Virus record (IMG/VR): IMGVR_UViG_3300045972_000807
Coordinates: 64,001 to 128,000 of that record
Reading direction: 5' to 3' (one strand)
DNA: 64,000 bases
Source of the DNA: a virus
Notes under the pieces: generated by a model
Database searches by the model: none
What the model saw: the letters and a program-made list of their open reading frames with translations, nothing else
What the model was told of the DNA's origin: nothing
In this document: positions 55,406 through 64,000 of the stretch, one piece after another
Position numbering within the stretch: position 1 is the stretch's first letter
How the letters are laid out: each line of letters starts with the position of its first letter
Program-made: the position numbers and the translations under genes

Positions 55406-57238
55406 CTAGAACGCTTGCCCACTGTTCTGGGCATAGCCGTCTAGAAACTTTTCAGCCAGGCGCTTTGTAACCGGCCCACCTTCACGGTCAATATGGTTAC
55501 CCTCATCGTCAATGAGGTCGTCTTTGTCTCTGGGCTTAACGGTGTCCGGAGCCTTTGTAGGATCAGTGGGCGTATGCTCGCTTTCCGCGACTATAACGGC
55601 GCTCTGAATAGAGTTGTCCGTCCGCATCATCTTCTCTAAGTATGCAGGCACAGGCAAACCAAAGAACTCAAAGAACTGAACCTGTGAGGCAAAGTCGATG
55701 TAGTTCTTCAGAGAGGTCATAGGCTGCGTAGAGATGTTGCCTTGTGCATCAGTCTTTATGTGACCCAGCTTTTTGCCCACCATCGTGGCAATCTTCAAAA
55801 CCATCTCAACGGCCTTCTTCTCGTCTACCTTCTTCCCAGCCATAGTCTCTTGGATTTTCTGGGCTTCGATGTTAAACAAGCCGGTGCCGGCCACGGTACG
55901 GAGTTTGTGGATGTTAGCCCCACCGGTCAAACTCTTGAAGTAAGACGTTACTGCCCCGTAGCGAACAGGCTTCCAGGTACCGTTTAGCTTTTCAATAGAG
56001 AACACAGGGTCTTTAGGACCTTTGCCCTCTACTAACTTTGCCATTACTTCGCAGATGATCTTGTCTTTGGCGTTGCCAGGCTTCAATACAAACTTGAATT
56101 GGACAGCGTCCTTGCCTCGATAAGAGATCAGTACGCTGTGGTCAGGTCGCACAGTAACGTGCTTGGCCAAGATGGAGCACATCCCGAAGCCTTGAGAACC
56201 CTCATTACCACCAGCAACGGAACCAGCACGGTCACTGCTAAGATACAGCAGTTCAATAACAACCGAAGCGACCGCATTAACGTCACCATACTGAAACGGG
56301 CTCTTGACGTTCTGGAGCCACTTCTTGCGGTACTTTTCAATATTCTTGATAAGAGCATTAGCTACCTCGTATTTGTGATTCCAGCTATTTTCAGAATGCT
56401 CTTTGGAATAGACGTAGGCGTATTCACCGTTAGGCTTATTGGCCTTGCAAATCCAGTCTGCGGTTCCGTCAGCTTTGGTCTTCATCGTAACCGTGGTGTA
56501 CACGGGATACTTAGGAACGTTACCAAGCATTTTGCCGTCGTTGGTGTACCAGTTGCCTTCAGCATCAATAAGGCCAGTGAAGCCAGTAGGGATAGAGTGC
56601 TGAATGCCTAACTGGGCCAAATGGTCCAGCGCCTGCTGGCAAGGAACTGTTTTCTTTCCCGACTCTTTGACGTAGTTGCTAAGCTCATTCTTCCAGGACA
56701 TGGAGTGAGCACGGCGCAACGCAAGGTACTGCTTATACAGATCAGGATCCTGCGTCTTAGCTTCCATTGCTTCATCCGGTGTTAGCACCGTCTTGCCTTT
56801 GAAGCCCATCTTGGCACAAAGGCTCTTAAGGTCTTTCTGGACCAACGTTTGGTCCGGAGCATCTTCCGTTATCATAGAACGGATGTAGGAAGACTCGCAA
56901 CGGCTTGATATTTTTGCCAAGTATTTGTGGGAGCTACTGCTTTGATTCTTAAACCACTTAGCAAACTGCTCAACCACATCAGCGAAAGAAGCCTTCGCAT
57001 GAGGCTTCTTAGCGTACTCGTCAATCATCTCCTTCAGGGAGATAGACAGTGCCAACAGGTCAACGCTTTCACCGCGGCTCATTGCCTGGATAACATCGTC
57101 CAGGTATGGCGTCATTGTGAGGAGCTCAGCTGACTTTGTGTGGGCTTCTTTGATGATCGTAATACCCTCTTTAGAGGGCCTAGCGTTTCCTGAGATATGG
57201 TAAATCAGGATTACGTAGAGTAGTTCGACAAAATTCAT
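55406..57238 (-). CDS. DNA topoisomerase IB with long N-terminal extension
   Basis: Catalytic pentad in order: DRAG (R), YRGKD (K), HKLRT (R), KLGH (H), NYID (Y). FGMCSILAKHV matches the GxxTLxxxHV motif. Confidence 0.85.
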   Translation of the reverse strand: MNFVELLYVILIYHISGNARPSKEGITIIKEAHTKSAELLTMTPYLDDVIQAMSRGESVDLLALSISLKEMIDEYAKKPHAKASFADVVEQFAKWFKNQSSSSHKYLAKISSRCESSYIRSMITEDAPDQTLVQKDLKSLCAKMGFKGKTVLTPDEAMEAKTQDPDLYKQYLALRRAHSMSWKNELSNYVKESGKKTVPCQQALDHLAQLGIQHSIPTGFTGLIDAEGNWYTNDGKMLGNVPKYPVYTTVTMKTKADGTADWICKANKPNGEYAYVYSKEHSENSWNHKYEVANALIKNIEKYRKKWLQNVKSPFQYGDVNAVASVVIELLYLSSDRAGSVAGGNEGSQGFGMCSILAKHVTVRPDHSVLISYRGKDAVQFKFVLKPGNAKDKIICEVMAKLVEGKGPKDPVFSIEKLNGTWKPVRYGAVTSYFKSLTGGANIHKLRTVAGTGLFNIEAQKIQETMAGKKVDEKKAVEMVLKIATMVGKKLGHIKTDAQGNISTQPMTSLKNYIDFASQVQFFEFFGLPVPAYLEKMMRTDNSIQSAVIVAESEHTPTDPTKAPDTVKPRDKDDLIDDEGNHIDREGGPVTKRLAEKFLDGYAQNSGQAF

Positions 57239-57582
57239 AGCTCAATATCCTTCTGCACTGTGGTGCCTATAGTCAGCACGCCCACTGCTGCGTTGTAATT
57301 GACAAACGTCTTTTCGCCCGTAGGCTCAATCAGCATACCGCCGGCACAAAAGGCAACGGGACGATCTACGGTGACGAAGTCGATGTTACCTAGCAGCTTA
57401 ACTACTTCCTTATGCTTTCCGATCTTGCAGCCCACAACCGAAAAGGCCCACTTACCTGAGGAAGGGTGCTTCAAAGGCGCTCCGAAAGGTCCCAGCACAG
57501 CCTTGAGTTCAGAGATAAGCTGCGCCACTAAAGCACGAGGATCTAGTGGCGCATTTTTGGAAGTTAGGCGTTTTATGGACAT
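57235..57582 (-). CDS. Hypothetical protein co-transcribed with the topoisomerase
   Basis: ATGA overlap with the topoisomerase start; AATTT motif just upstream. Confidence 0.6.
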   Translation of the reverse strand: MSIKRLTSKNAPLDPRALVAQLISELKAVLGPFGAPLKHPSSGKWAFSVVGCKIGKHKEVVKLLGNIDFVTVDRPVAFCAGGMLIEPTGEKTFVNYNAAVGVLTIGTTVQKDIEL

Positions 57583-57599
57583 GATGCTATTAAATTGAT

Positions 57600-58625
57600 C
57601 TATCCAAAGAACTTCTTGTACTTGTTAGAACGCACGGTCATTACGCTGTAGACGTGCTCTCGGTTTATGTCGCAGGCACTACGGTTGCCGTAGATAGGTT
57701 GGGTAGACTTGCTGCACGACTTCTCTACATTGCCGAACCACACCTTAGGGTTGCACGTAGAAATCAGCTGGCACTTGCGTCTATCTTGTGACAGCCCACC
57801 GTAGCCACCGTTGTAGGAAGCGTCCGTGAAGGCCAGTTTGTCTTTGTCAAGAGCATCAGGTACTACACGAAGGACACTGGTATAGCTATCGTGTTCCTGA
57901 AGTACCATAGCACGCAGCTGTAGATCAGGGCGGGTATAAACGGTATCCCAGGTAAGGCCTGAAAGCTGTACCGGGTACTTGGAAGTCATTCCCTTGAGTG
58001 CGTCCATCCGTGTGTTGCCATTGGCATCATAGGCCCGCGTGATCTGTCCCAGACCTGCACCTTCCTCGCGAGAAGTCTTGAGTTGCGATTTTGGATTCCA
58101 GCACGACTTGTACGTTAAAGAGACACACGACTCCTGCTCTACAAGGCCACCCAGCAAATACGGCATGGTATGATCCGCCCAGTAGAGCTTTTGTTGCTTC
58201 ACAAGGGTGGGCGCGTACACGTTAGCATTCTCGGGTATGTACGTCTGAACGTCTATCCTAACCGCTGCATGTGCTTTACTGCCAAACATCAGCAGCAAAG
58301 CTGCCATCACTATAGCAATAGCTATCAAAGCCATGCCTGAGCCTTCAGGAGACTCTTGAGACTTTCGGAACATACGCTGAAGGTTCATCTCAGGGAAGTC
58401 AAACATAGACTTCCAGATCAGGTGGGTAACGCCTACTGCAAGCATACCGCTTGCAATACCCAGCACGATCATCAGAGTGCTGGCACCTTTGTCGGGGTCT
58501 GTGAAGTACAGCACTGCGATGAGGATGAGGATGAGAACAAACAGCGCAACCGTATGGTGCTTGCGGTACTTCTTTTCCACTTCTTTGATCTCGTCATCGA
58601 GGCCGTCTTTAAGATTAATGTTCAT
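57600..58625 (-). CDS. Lytic transglycosylase (SLT) endolysin fused to an N-terminal 3-TM holin-like segment
   Basis: Three TM helices, then AHA, then the SLT motifs VEQES (catalytic Glu), GAGLGQIT, YNGGYG and NREHV. Confidence 0.85.
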   Translation of the reverse strand: MNINLKDGLDDEIKEVEKKYRKHHTVALFVLILILIAVLYFTDPDKGASTLMIVLGIASGMLAVGVTHLIWKSMFDFPEMNLQRMFRKSQESPEGSGMALIAIAIVMAALLLMFGSKAHAAVRIDVQTYIPENANVYAPTLVKQQKLYWADHTMPYLLGGLVEQESCVSLTYKSCWNPKSQLKTSREEGAGLGQITRAYDANGNTRMDALKGMTSKYPVQLSGLTWDTVYTRPDLQLRAMVLQEHDSYTSVLRVVPDALDKDKLAFTDASYNGGYGGLSQDRRKCQLISTCNPKVWFGNVEKSCSKSTQPIYGNRSACDINREHVYSVMTVRSNKYKKFFG

Positions 58626-58644
58626 AGCTATATGCTCCTGTGGT

Positions 58645-59061
58645 TTAGGCCGTTGTATTAGGTGGAGGGGGAGTTCCCGAAGGTAAATCCCTAGCAGGTA
58701 GGTCGTCAGGAATGCTCCACTTATTCAGGGGGCAATCTGAACCCTTAAAGGACGCTTTAAACAATACAAAGCACTTGCACTTTCCGCATTGATCGAAACC
58801 CGCAAAGGTGGTTAGCTCGGGGCACGCTTTACATATAGCCAAGCGCTCCTTTTTTGTAAGAGCATCTGTTCTGCGCTCCGGGGGAGTTTGCTCAACCCGT
58901 TCGTCCATGTGTGCCTGGGTCAGTTCCATGTCTGGGGCGTAACCAACTCGTTCAACGATAACAGCTTCAGGAACAAACAAGGTAGCCTCAATTGTGTTAA
59001 CCCTGTTGGGTATAACGTGGACTAAGTCCGTACTCGATACGTTTACAATTTCTTCAGTCAT
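58645..59061 (-). CDS. Small Cys-rich protein (RxxICxxC...CxxCxC...K...CPxxKW; DUF6171-like)
   Basis: ERLAICKACP...CGKCKCFVLFK...CPLNKW; AAGGAG RBS. Confidence 0.75.
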   Translation of the reverse strand: MTEEIVNVSSTDLVHVIPNRVNTIEATLFVPEAVIVERVGYAPDMELTQAHMDERVEQTPPERRTDALTKKERLAICKACPELTTFAGFDQCGKCKCFVLFKASFKGSDCPLNKWSIPDDLPARDLPSGTPPPPNTTA

Positions 59062-59080
59062 TTATTTTGCTCCTTCAGTT

Positions 59081-61045
59081 TTACCATTGAAGCTGTACGA
59101 ATCCAGCTCCACCATACCCGTTAGGGTCATCTCGGCGTTCGTCACCAGCACCGCCACCGCCACCTCCAAGTGTACCTGGGTATCCGTCATGCGGCTGGTA
59201 AGGAGAGCCTACCCCTCCTTGACCACCTGCACCGTACGACGCGCCACCGCCGCCACCACCACCCGAGTAGTATCCAGAAGCACCTCCCGGACCGCCCAGT
59301 GCGTATCTAGTATTGCTTCCAGCATGACCTGGGCCACAGCCGTAGTCGTTACCGCCACCACCCGCGGCACCTGCAGTAAGTATAGGTAACAACAGTCCTA
59401 AGCTAGACACTATACCACCTCCGGCTCCGCCGGCTGTATTTCCTTGCGCGCCACCGCCACCGCCGCCCAGGTACACGTCAACAGTTCCATACCCGTTAGT
59501 AATGCGAGTAGCACCACCCGCACCACCCGCACCACCGTTGCTGCCAGATGGACATCCACCGCCACCTCCACCAACAACTATAGTAAGAGTATCACCGGGG
59601 ACAACCTTAAATCCACCCGAAGCTACTGCACCGCCACCGCCACCGCCTCCTCCCCAACCAGAGCACGAAGTGTCGCAACAGTTTCCAGCACCACCCCCTC
59701 CGCCCCCACCGGAGGCAAGCAGAACTACGTTACGCATTTCTACAGGAACAGTTATGTAGTAGGTACCCGGAGTGTTTTGGTACCAGTATCCGCTAAGCTG
59801 TGTGCTGATCGTGTAGTCACCAGTTCTAGGGACTACAAGCACACCGTAAGGGTCAATTGTGAGGCATGCTCTGCCTTGGTACCTGAATACAAGGTTGGCC
59901 CCTTCCTGAGTAACTGTCCAGTCTACGGTTCCTAGTGTCTTTAATGCTTGCTGAACCGCAGTAACTGCGGCTTGAGCAGCAGCAATCTGATTAGTTACCT
60001 GCAAGTTCATGTCAGCCAGCGCTCTGTTCATATCGAACTTGGCCTGAGCCAACTGCTGATTGATTAAAGCCTCTTCATCGGTTAAGCTTTGATTCAAAAG
60101 ATTCATCTCGTCAGCCAACGTCTGCGTCAACAAACTAATAGCCGAATTTAGCGCGTCTGTTTGCGCCTTATCTTTTTGTTCTATGACTGTCTCAAGGAAC
60201 ACATAGTCTGACAATGTGGTCTCACGAGCTAGCAACATCACCGTGGCACCTGCCGCCAAGCCTGTTATGGGGTACGTAAGGTTAGCCACACCTGGGCTGC
60301 CTGAAGCTATAACGCGAACGTTACCCAGCATATCCTGCATCAGGAAGTCACCTGGTAAGAACGCCGCGTCCATAAGATTAAACGCTGGGCCGTTAAGGGT
60401 AACGCCGTCATTTTCTACAGAAGCCAAGATTCCAGAGTCAACTTGAAGGTAGTTGGCTACGTTCCACTGCATTCCGTTAGACGCGGTAAGGAACAAGCTG
60501 TTGTTACCGTTAACCGCTTCCATAACGATAAGGGCGTCAGGCTGGCCTGGGAGAAATCGCTGACCAGTTACGTTGTTGGTTGAGCCCACAACCTCAATTA
60601 CGCCGGGTGTTCCCGTGATAACCTGAATAACCGAAGGCGACATTCCGATGTTCAGAACACAATGAAAGGTAAGGGCGTTAGCAACACCCGAGGCAGCACT
60701 CGCCTTTGTCTGGAGTGCTCCGAAAGCTGCCAAGGCGAATAGTGTGCCGTCGCTGAGGTACAGTGCTATCTCACCAAACGTAAACGGGCCAGCGGTAGCC
60801 GGGACAATACAGACAATGTCCCTAGTTATTTCGCTAAGCATGTTCCAGCTTGAAGGAGCATCCGAGTATACCTCAGTGCCGTGAATGATCGTGTCATTCA
60901 ACCCCGGAGTATAGTTGTACCCAGTACCCAAGGTGAACCTAGTAATGGATATAGATAAGCCTTGACCTTGTGCCAGCATGGCTGCGTTGAGGCCAGCCTG
61001 CGTTATCGTAAACGCTGACGGTGCTATTGTGCTTGATGTAGCCAT
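59081..61045 (-). CDS. Tail fibre: tail-collar (DUF3751-like) N-terminus, coiled coil, Gly-rich C-terminal domain
   Basis: ITQAGL...GTGYNYTP...IHG and GPFTFGEIALYLSDGTLFA anchor motifs; heptad-rich middle; C-terminal GGGGGGG runs with VVPGDTLTIVVGGGG. Confidence 0.87.
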   Translation of the reverse strand: MATSSTIAPSAFTITQAGLNAAMLAQGQGLSISITRFTLGTGYNYTPGLNDTIIHGTEVYSDAPSSWNMLSEITRDIVCIVPATAGPFTFGEIALYLSDGTLFALAAFGALQTKASAASGVANALTFHCVLNIGMSPSVIQVITGTPGVIEVVGSTNNVTGQRFLPGQPDALIVMEAVNGNNSLFLTASNGMQWNVANYLQVDSGILASVENDGVTLNGPAFNLMDAAFLPGDFLMQDMLGNVRVIASGSPGVANLTYPITGLAAGATVMLLARETTLSDYVFLETVIEQKDKAQTDALNSAISLLTQTLADEMNLLNQSLTDEEALINQQLAQAKFDMNRALADMNLQVTNQIAAAQAAVTAVQQALKTLGTVDWTVTQEGANLVFRYQGRACLTIDPYGVLVVPRTGDYTISTQLSGYWYQNTPGTYYITVPVEMRNVVLLASGGGGGGGAGNCCDTSCSGWGGGGGGGGAVASGGFKVVPGDTLTIVVGGGGGGCPSGSNGGAGGAGGATRITNGYGTVDVYLGGGGGGAQGNTAGGAGGGIVSSLGLLLPILTAGAAGGGGNDYGCGPGHAGSNTRYALGGPGGASGYYSGGGGGGGASYGAGGQGGVGSPYQPHDGYPGTLGGGGGGAGDERRDDPNGYGGAGFVQLQW

Positions 61046-61072
61046 TTTATGTTTCCTGTTGTTCCACTTAAA

Positions 61073-63541
61073 TTAACTGATAGTGCATACGCCGTACACG
61101 CGGGAGGTATCGTTATTAACAAACGTAACGCCTACTCCCGGTGAGGACTTCCATGTTACTGCACCGCCACCGCCACCGCCGTGGACTGTGGTGTTACCGC
61201 CGGGTTTACCCCAGCCGCCTCCGCCGCCTCCGCCGCCACCTGAGGTAGACGAAGGATCACCGCCGGCGGTGTTACCGGTTCCGCCAGCTCCAGCTGTAAT
61301 GGTTTGACCCGACCAGGCTATGTAAAGAGCCCCCGGTGTTCCGCCAGAGCCTGGGAATTGCCGTCCACCACCGCCCCCGCCTGCACCGTATATCCCGCCG
61401 CCTCCGCCTGCTCCACCACCCTTACCGGGTGACGCTAGTGCTCCTGAGGTCATGCCGGTTCCGCCCGGGCTGCCTATTGATCCACCTGCACCACCCTTTT
61501 GCTGTACCTTGATAATGGCATTGCTAATATCGTAGCTACCAGTCCCGCCAAGTCCTCCGCCTGCTCCGCCACCGCCACCGCCTTGGTCAGCCCAGACGAT
61601 AGCTGCGCCGCCCCCACCACCCCCACCGATATACGCATTTGGATCGGTGTTGTCGATAACCAGAGCTACGTTTGTGAATATAGCTGTGCCGCCGTTCTGC
61701 CCGATACCGTACCCGTTAAGGGCAAAGCCTAGCTGAGTGTTGCTTCCTCCTTGCCCACCCTTTCCAGCTATAAAGCCGTGGTTGATAAGCTTTACCGTAG
61801 ACCCGGGTGCAAACCTGTCTATGTATAGAGCAAATAGTTGAGGATTCTCTGAGTACACCCAAATACCAGGGGCCACGGTTACCGTAACAGAGCAAGCCGC
61901 AGTACCTACGCCTGTGCCATACTTTATAGCTAAGTTCTGGACTACACTGTAGTTCATAGAGTGCTGAGAGATCGTTATCTCGTAAGCTGGCGCTGTTACT
62001 ACCCCTATGCCTGTTGTGGATGCCGTTGGATACAAAGCTGTAGCTGCCTGAGTAGCTGTGATTACCGCACTACCCATCCCCACCACAGTGATCGTATTAC
62101 CTGACACTGAAAGAATCGAGGAGTTGCTACTGCTGTACGACCATGCTCCGCCAGAACTTGTGGTAGGCGGAACTATGGTAAACGGTGAATCACCAACCAA
62201 CTTGGGAGGTATAACCAAAGGTCCCAGGTTGTTTGGTGGCTGGGTAACTGAGAACACAGCCGATACAGTAAACAAACCGTAGCAGGCATCAGCCGCCTGC
62301 CTAGCCGTTATCGTGCAGCTCCCCACACCTACGACAGTACAGGTGCTACCTGAAATTGATGCTACATTGGTATTACTGGACGTATAAGTCCACGCGCCCG
62401 ACCCAGAAGAATCTGGCTGTGTTACTGGGAACGGTGCGGCCGTCAAGAGCTTACTAGGCACAGAGAAGGTAGTTGACGCGCCCAGAGTATTTATCTTGGC
62501 TACGACGTTTACTGTGGCACTAACAGCGTTGCCTGCAAATAGAGCAGTAGCTGCCTGAGTAGCTGTTATCGTGCAGGTGCCCAATTTCCCCAGAATAGAA
62601 ACAATGTTCCCAGATACAGAAAGTATCGTAGTATCGCTACTGGTGTAAGTCCACGCGCCATCGCTGTTAGACACAGGCTGTGTTATCGTAAAGTCTGGGC
62701 TACAGAAGTACAGCGTAGGGTTAATAGAAAGAGCCCCTACGCTAGCTGCCTGGGTAGCCACGGTAAACGTAGCAACAGCGGAAGCAGGCCCGTAACAAGG
62801 GTCTCCCGACTTGGTAGCAGTTATGACGCACTGACCTGAAGCTATAGCGTTAACCGTATTGTTGCTTATGGTTGCTACATTGAGGTTGCTTGACGCATAC
62901 GCCCAAGTGCCGCCACTTTGGGAAGTCGGCGGGGTTAGGGTCTGCGATGTGCCTGCGACCAGGTTAGGCACAGTGAAAGGTCCTAGCGAGTCTGTTTGGG
63001 TAGTTACCGTTACGTTAGCAGTTATTATTCCCGCACCCACAGTTGCTGTGGCTGCCTGGGTAGCACTAATTACGCATGATCCCAGACCCGTGGGAGTAGC
63101 AACATTCCCGTTTATAGAAATAACTATCGGGTTGCTACTGGTGTAAGTCCATGCTCCAGTGCTGTTGGACGTAGGTGTAGGTAGAGTAAACGGTACACTG
63201 CAAAGGTACTTGTTCCCAATCACAAAATTGCTTACGTGGTCAGGAAGTATCTGAGTAACCGTAACAAACGCGGTGGCTTTACCTGCGGAGAATCCTGTAT
63301 GCGCTACCTGCATAGCACTTATGGTAACCGAACCGGCCACTAAAGCAGTAGCTGTGTTACCCACTATCTTTACGATGTAGGGGTCACTACTGACGTACGT
63401 CCAGGGAGCCGGGCTGTTACTCCTGGGGGGCGTCAGCGTTACAGGTCCTCCTCCAGCTTTTAAGGCGGGCAATATAAGCGGACCAAGCAAATTCGGAATG
63501 CCAGTTACCTTTACTCTGGGAGCTATTTGTATTGTTACCAT
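61073..63541 (-). CDS. Adhesin: six Ig-like (Big_2) repeats plus T-even gp38-like polyglycine tip
   Basis: Six W(T/A/S)YxSS(N/D)xx(V/I)xx(I/V)xGxx...GxxxI(T/S)AxQ repeats, then LINHGFIAGKGGQGG...IDN...YIGGGGGGG...SRVYG. Confidence 0.82.
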   Translation of the reverse strand: MVTIQIAPRVKVTGIPNLLGPLILPALKAGGGPVTLTPPRSNSPAPWTYVSSDPYIVKIVGNTATALVAGSVTISAMQVAHTGFSAGKATAFVTVTQILPDHVSNFVIGNKYLCSVPFTLPTPTSNSTGAWTYTSSNPIVISINGNVATPTGLGSCVISATQAATATVGAGIITANVTVTTQTDSLGPFTVPNLVAGTSQTLTPPTSQSGGTWAYASSNLNVATISNNTVNAIASGQCVITATKSGDPCYGPASAVATFTVATQAASVGALSINPTLYFCSPDFTITQPVSNSDGAWTYTSSDTTILSVSGNIVSILGKLGTCTITATQAATALFAGNAVSATVNVVAKINTLGASTTFSVPSKLLTAAPFPVTQPDSSGSGAWTYTSSNTNVASISGSTCTVVGVGSCTITARQAADACYGLFTVSAVFSVTQPPNNLGPLVIPPKLVGDSPFTIVPPTTSSGGAWSYSSSNSSILSVSGNTITVVGMGSAVITATQAATALYPTASTTGIGVVTAPAYEITISQHSMNYSVVQNLAIKYGTGVGTAACSVTVTVAPGIWVYSENPQLFALYIDRFAPGSTVKLINHGFIAGKGGQGGSNTQLGFALNGYGIGQNGGTAIFTNVALVIDNTDPNAYIGGGGGGGAAIVWADQGGGGGGAGGGLGGTGSYDISNAIIKVQQKGGAGGSIGSPGGTGMTSGALASPGKGGGAGGGGGIYGAGGGGGGRQFPGSGGTPGALYIAWSGQTITAGAGGTGNTAGGDPSSTSGGGGGGGGGWGKPGGNTTVHGGGGGGAVTWKSSPGVGVTFVNNDTSRVYGVCTIS

Positions 63542-63545
63542 CTCA

Positions 63546-64000
63546 CTATACCCCGGTAGGATAAATAACGTTTTCGTAAAACAGACCCATGCTGATTAGG
63601 TTCTGCTGATCGGGCTGCCCGATCTTCAAAGTGTTTTCGTCTGTGATCTCGTACAGCACTAGGTTGTAGTTAAACACATCGTTAAAGAACTGTAGGAACT
63701 CATCTGCTGTGGCGTTCTTGAAAGCAGGAGACGCGCCCAATGCCATGCTAACGTGCGTAGTCGGGTAGTAGGTATTGTTGGGGTCGGGGTTGGGGTCTGT
63801 GATCTTGTTGTTAAGCAACAAGGGATTCTCAATCATTGCCCCGCTAGTCGAATCCAGAATTAACTCGGGGATGAAGTGCTGATAGTCGTGTGTCCACAAA
63901 TTTATCATGGTCAGCGAAGCACCCATGGTAAAGTTTATGAAATCCACTACCTTACCTGTTCCCTTGCTGTACCAGTAAGCCCCTAGGTTACGGAACAGCA
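63546..64000 (-). CDS. Baseplate wedge-type protein, C-terminal part (5' end outside the window)
   Basis: The frame is open to the window edge (LFRNLGAYWYSKGTGKVVDFINF). The KGT motif is typical of P2 gpI-like wedge proteins, and the gene lies upstream of fibre genes. Confidence 0.6.
   Translation of the reverse strand, partial: LFRNLGAYWYSKGTGKVVDFINFTMGASLTMINLWTHDYQHFIPELILDSTSGAMIENPLLLNNKITDPNPDPNNTYYPTTHVSMALGASPAFKNATADEFLQFFNDVFNYNLVLYEITDENTLKIGQPDQQNLISMGLFYENVIYPTGV

Noticed and set aside
55406-57238. Integrase or protelomerase
   Set aside because: The motif context (RxG...FGxxSxxxKHV, YxGKD, KLRT, LGH...YID) fits topoisomerase IB better, and no att site or long palindromic target was seen.
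1-64000. Stop-codon reassignment
   Set aside because: The standard code gives dense, long ORFs, and TAA, TAG and TGA all terminate genes at sensible boundaries.

Overview
This 64 kb window looks like part of a large lytic dsDNA myophage (jumbo-phage-like gene content, standard genetic code; no tRNA, CRISPR array or integrase seen). It has three blocks. (1) 1-38093, minus strand: an elaborate virion fibre/adhesin region. It holds two tandem giant LamG/concanavalin-repeat adhesins, five collagen-containing proteins, an AEVTRATAAE coiled coil, SAFTNDAGY-repeat fibres, Asp-box and NHL-type propellers and a fibre chaperone. Shared terminal domains link neighbouring genes in an ordered plug-and-socket chain. 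(2) 38187-55341, plus strand: replication and accessory genes. These include a 5'-3' exonuclease, a wHTH protein, an origin-like region with 4 x 19-bp iterons and hairpins, a divergent gpII/CRI-type initiator, a HAD phosphatase and a Dda-like helicase. Also present are a protein ending in di-glycine that is translationally coupled to a Cys-containing partner (candidate ubiquitin-like or carrier module), an acyl carrier protein, and a sigma70-driven early cassette. (3) 55406-64000, minus strand: topoisomerase IB, a holin-like/lytic transglycosylase fusion, two Gly-rich fibre/adhesin genes and a truncated baseplate protein. The best novelty candidates are the GG-terminated protein plus Cys partner (48369-49599) and the daisy-chain fibre polymer system (13057-23911). 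All family assignments are motif recognition by eye; no searches were run.
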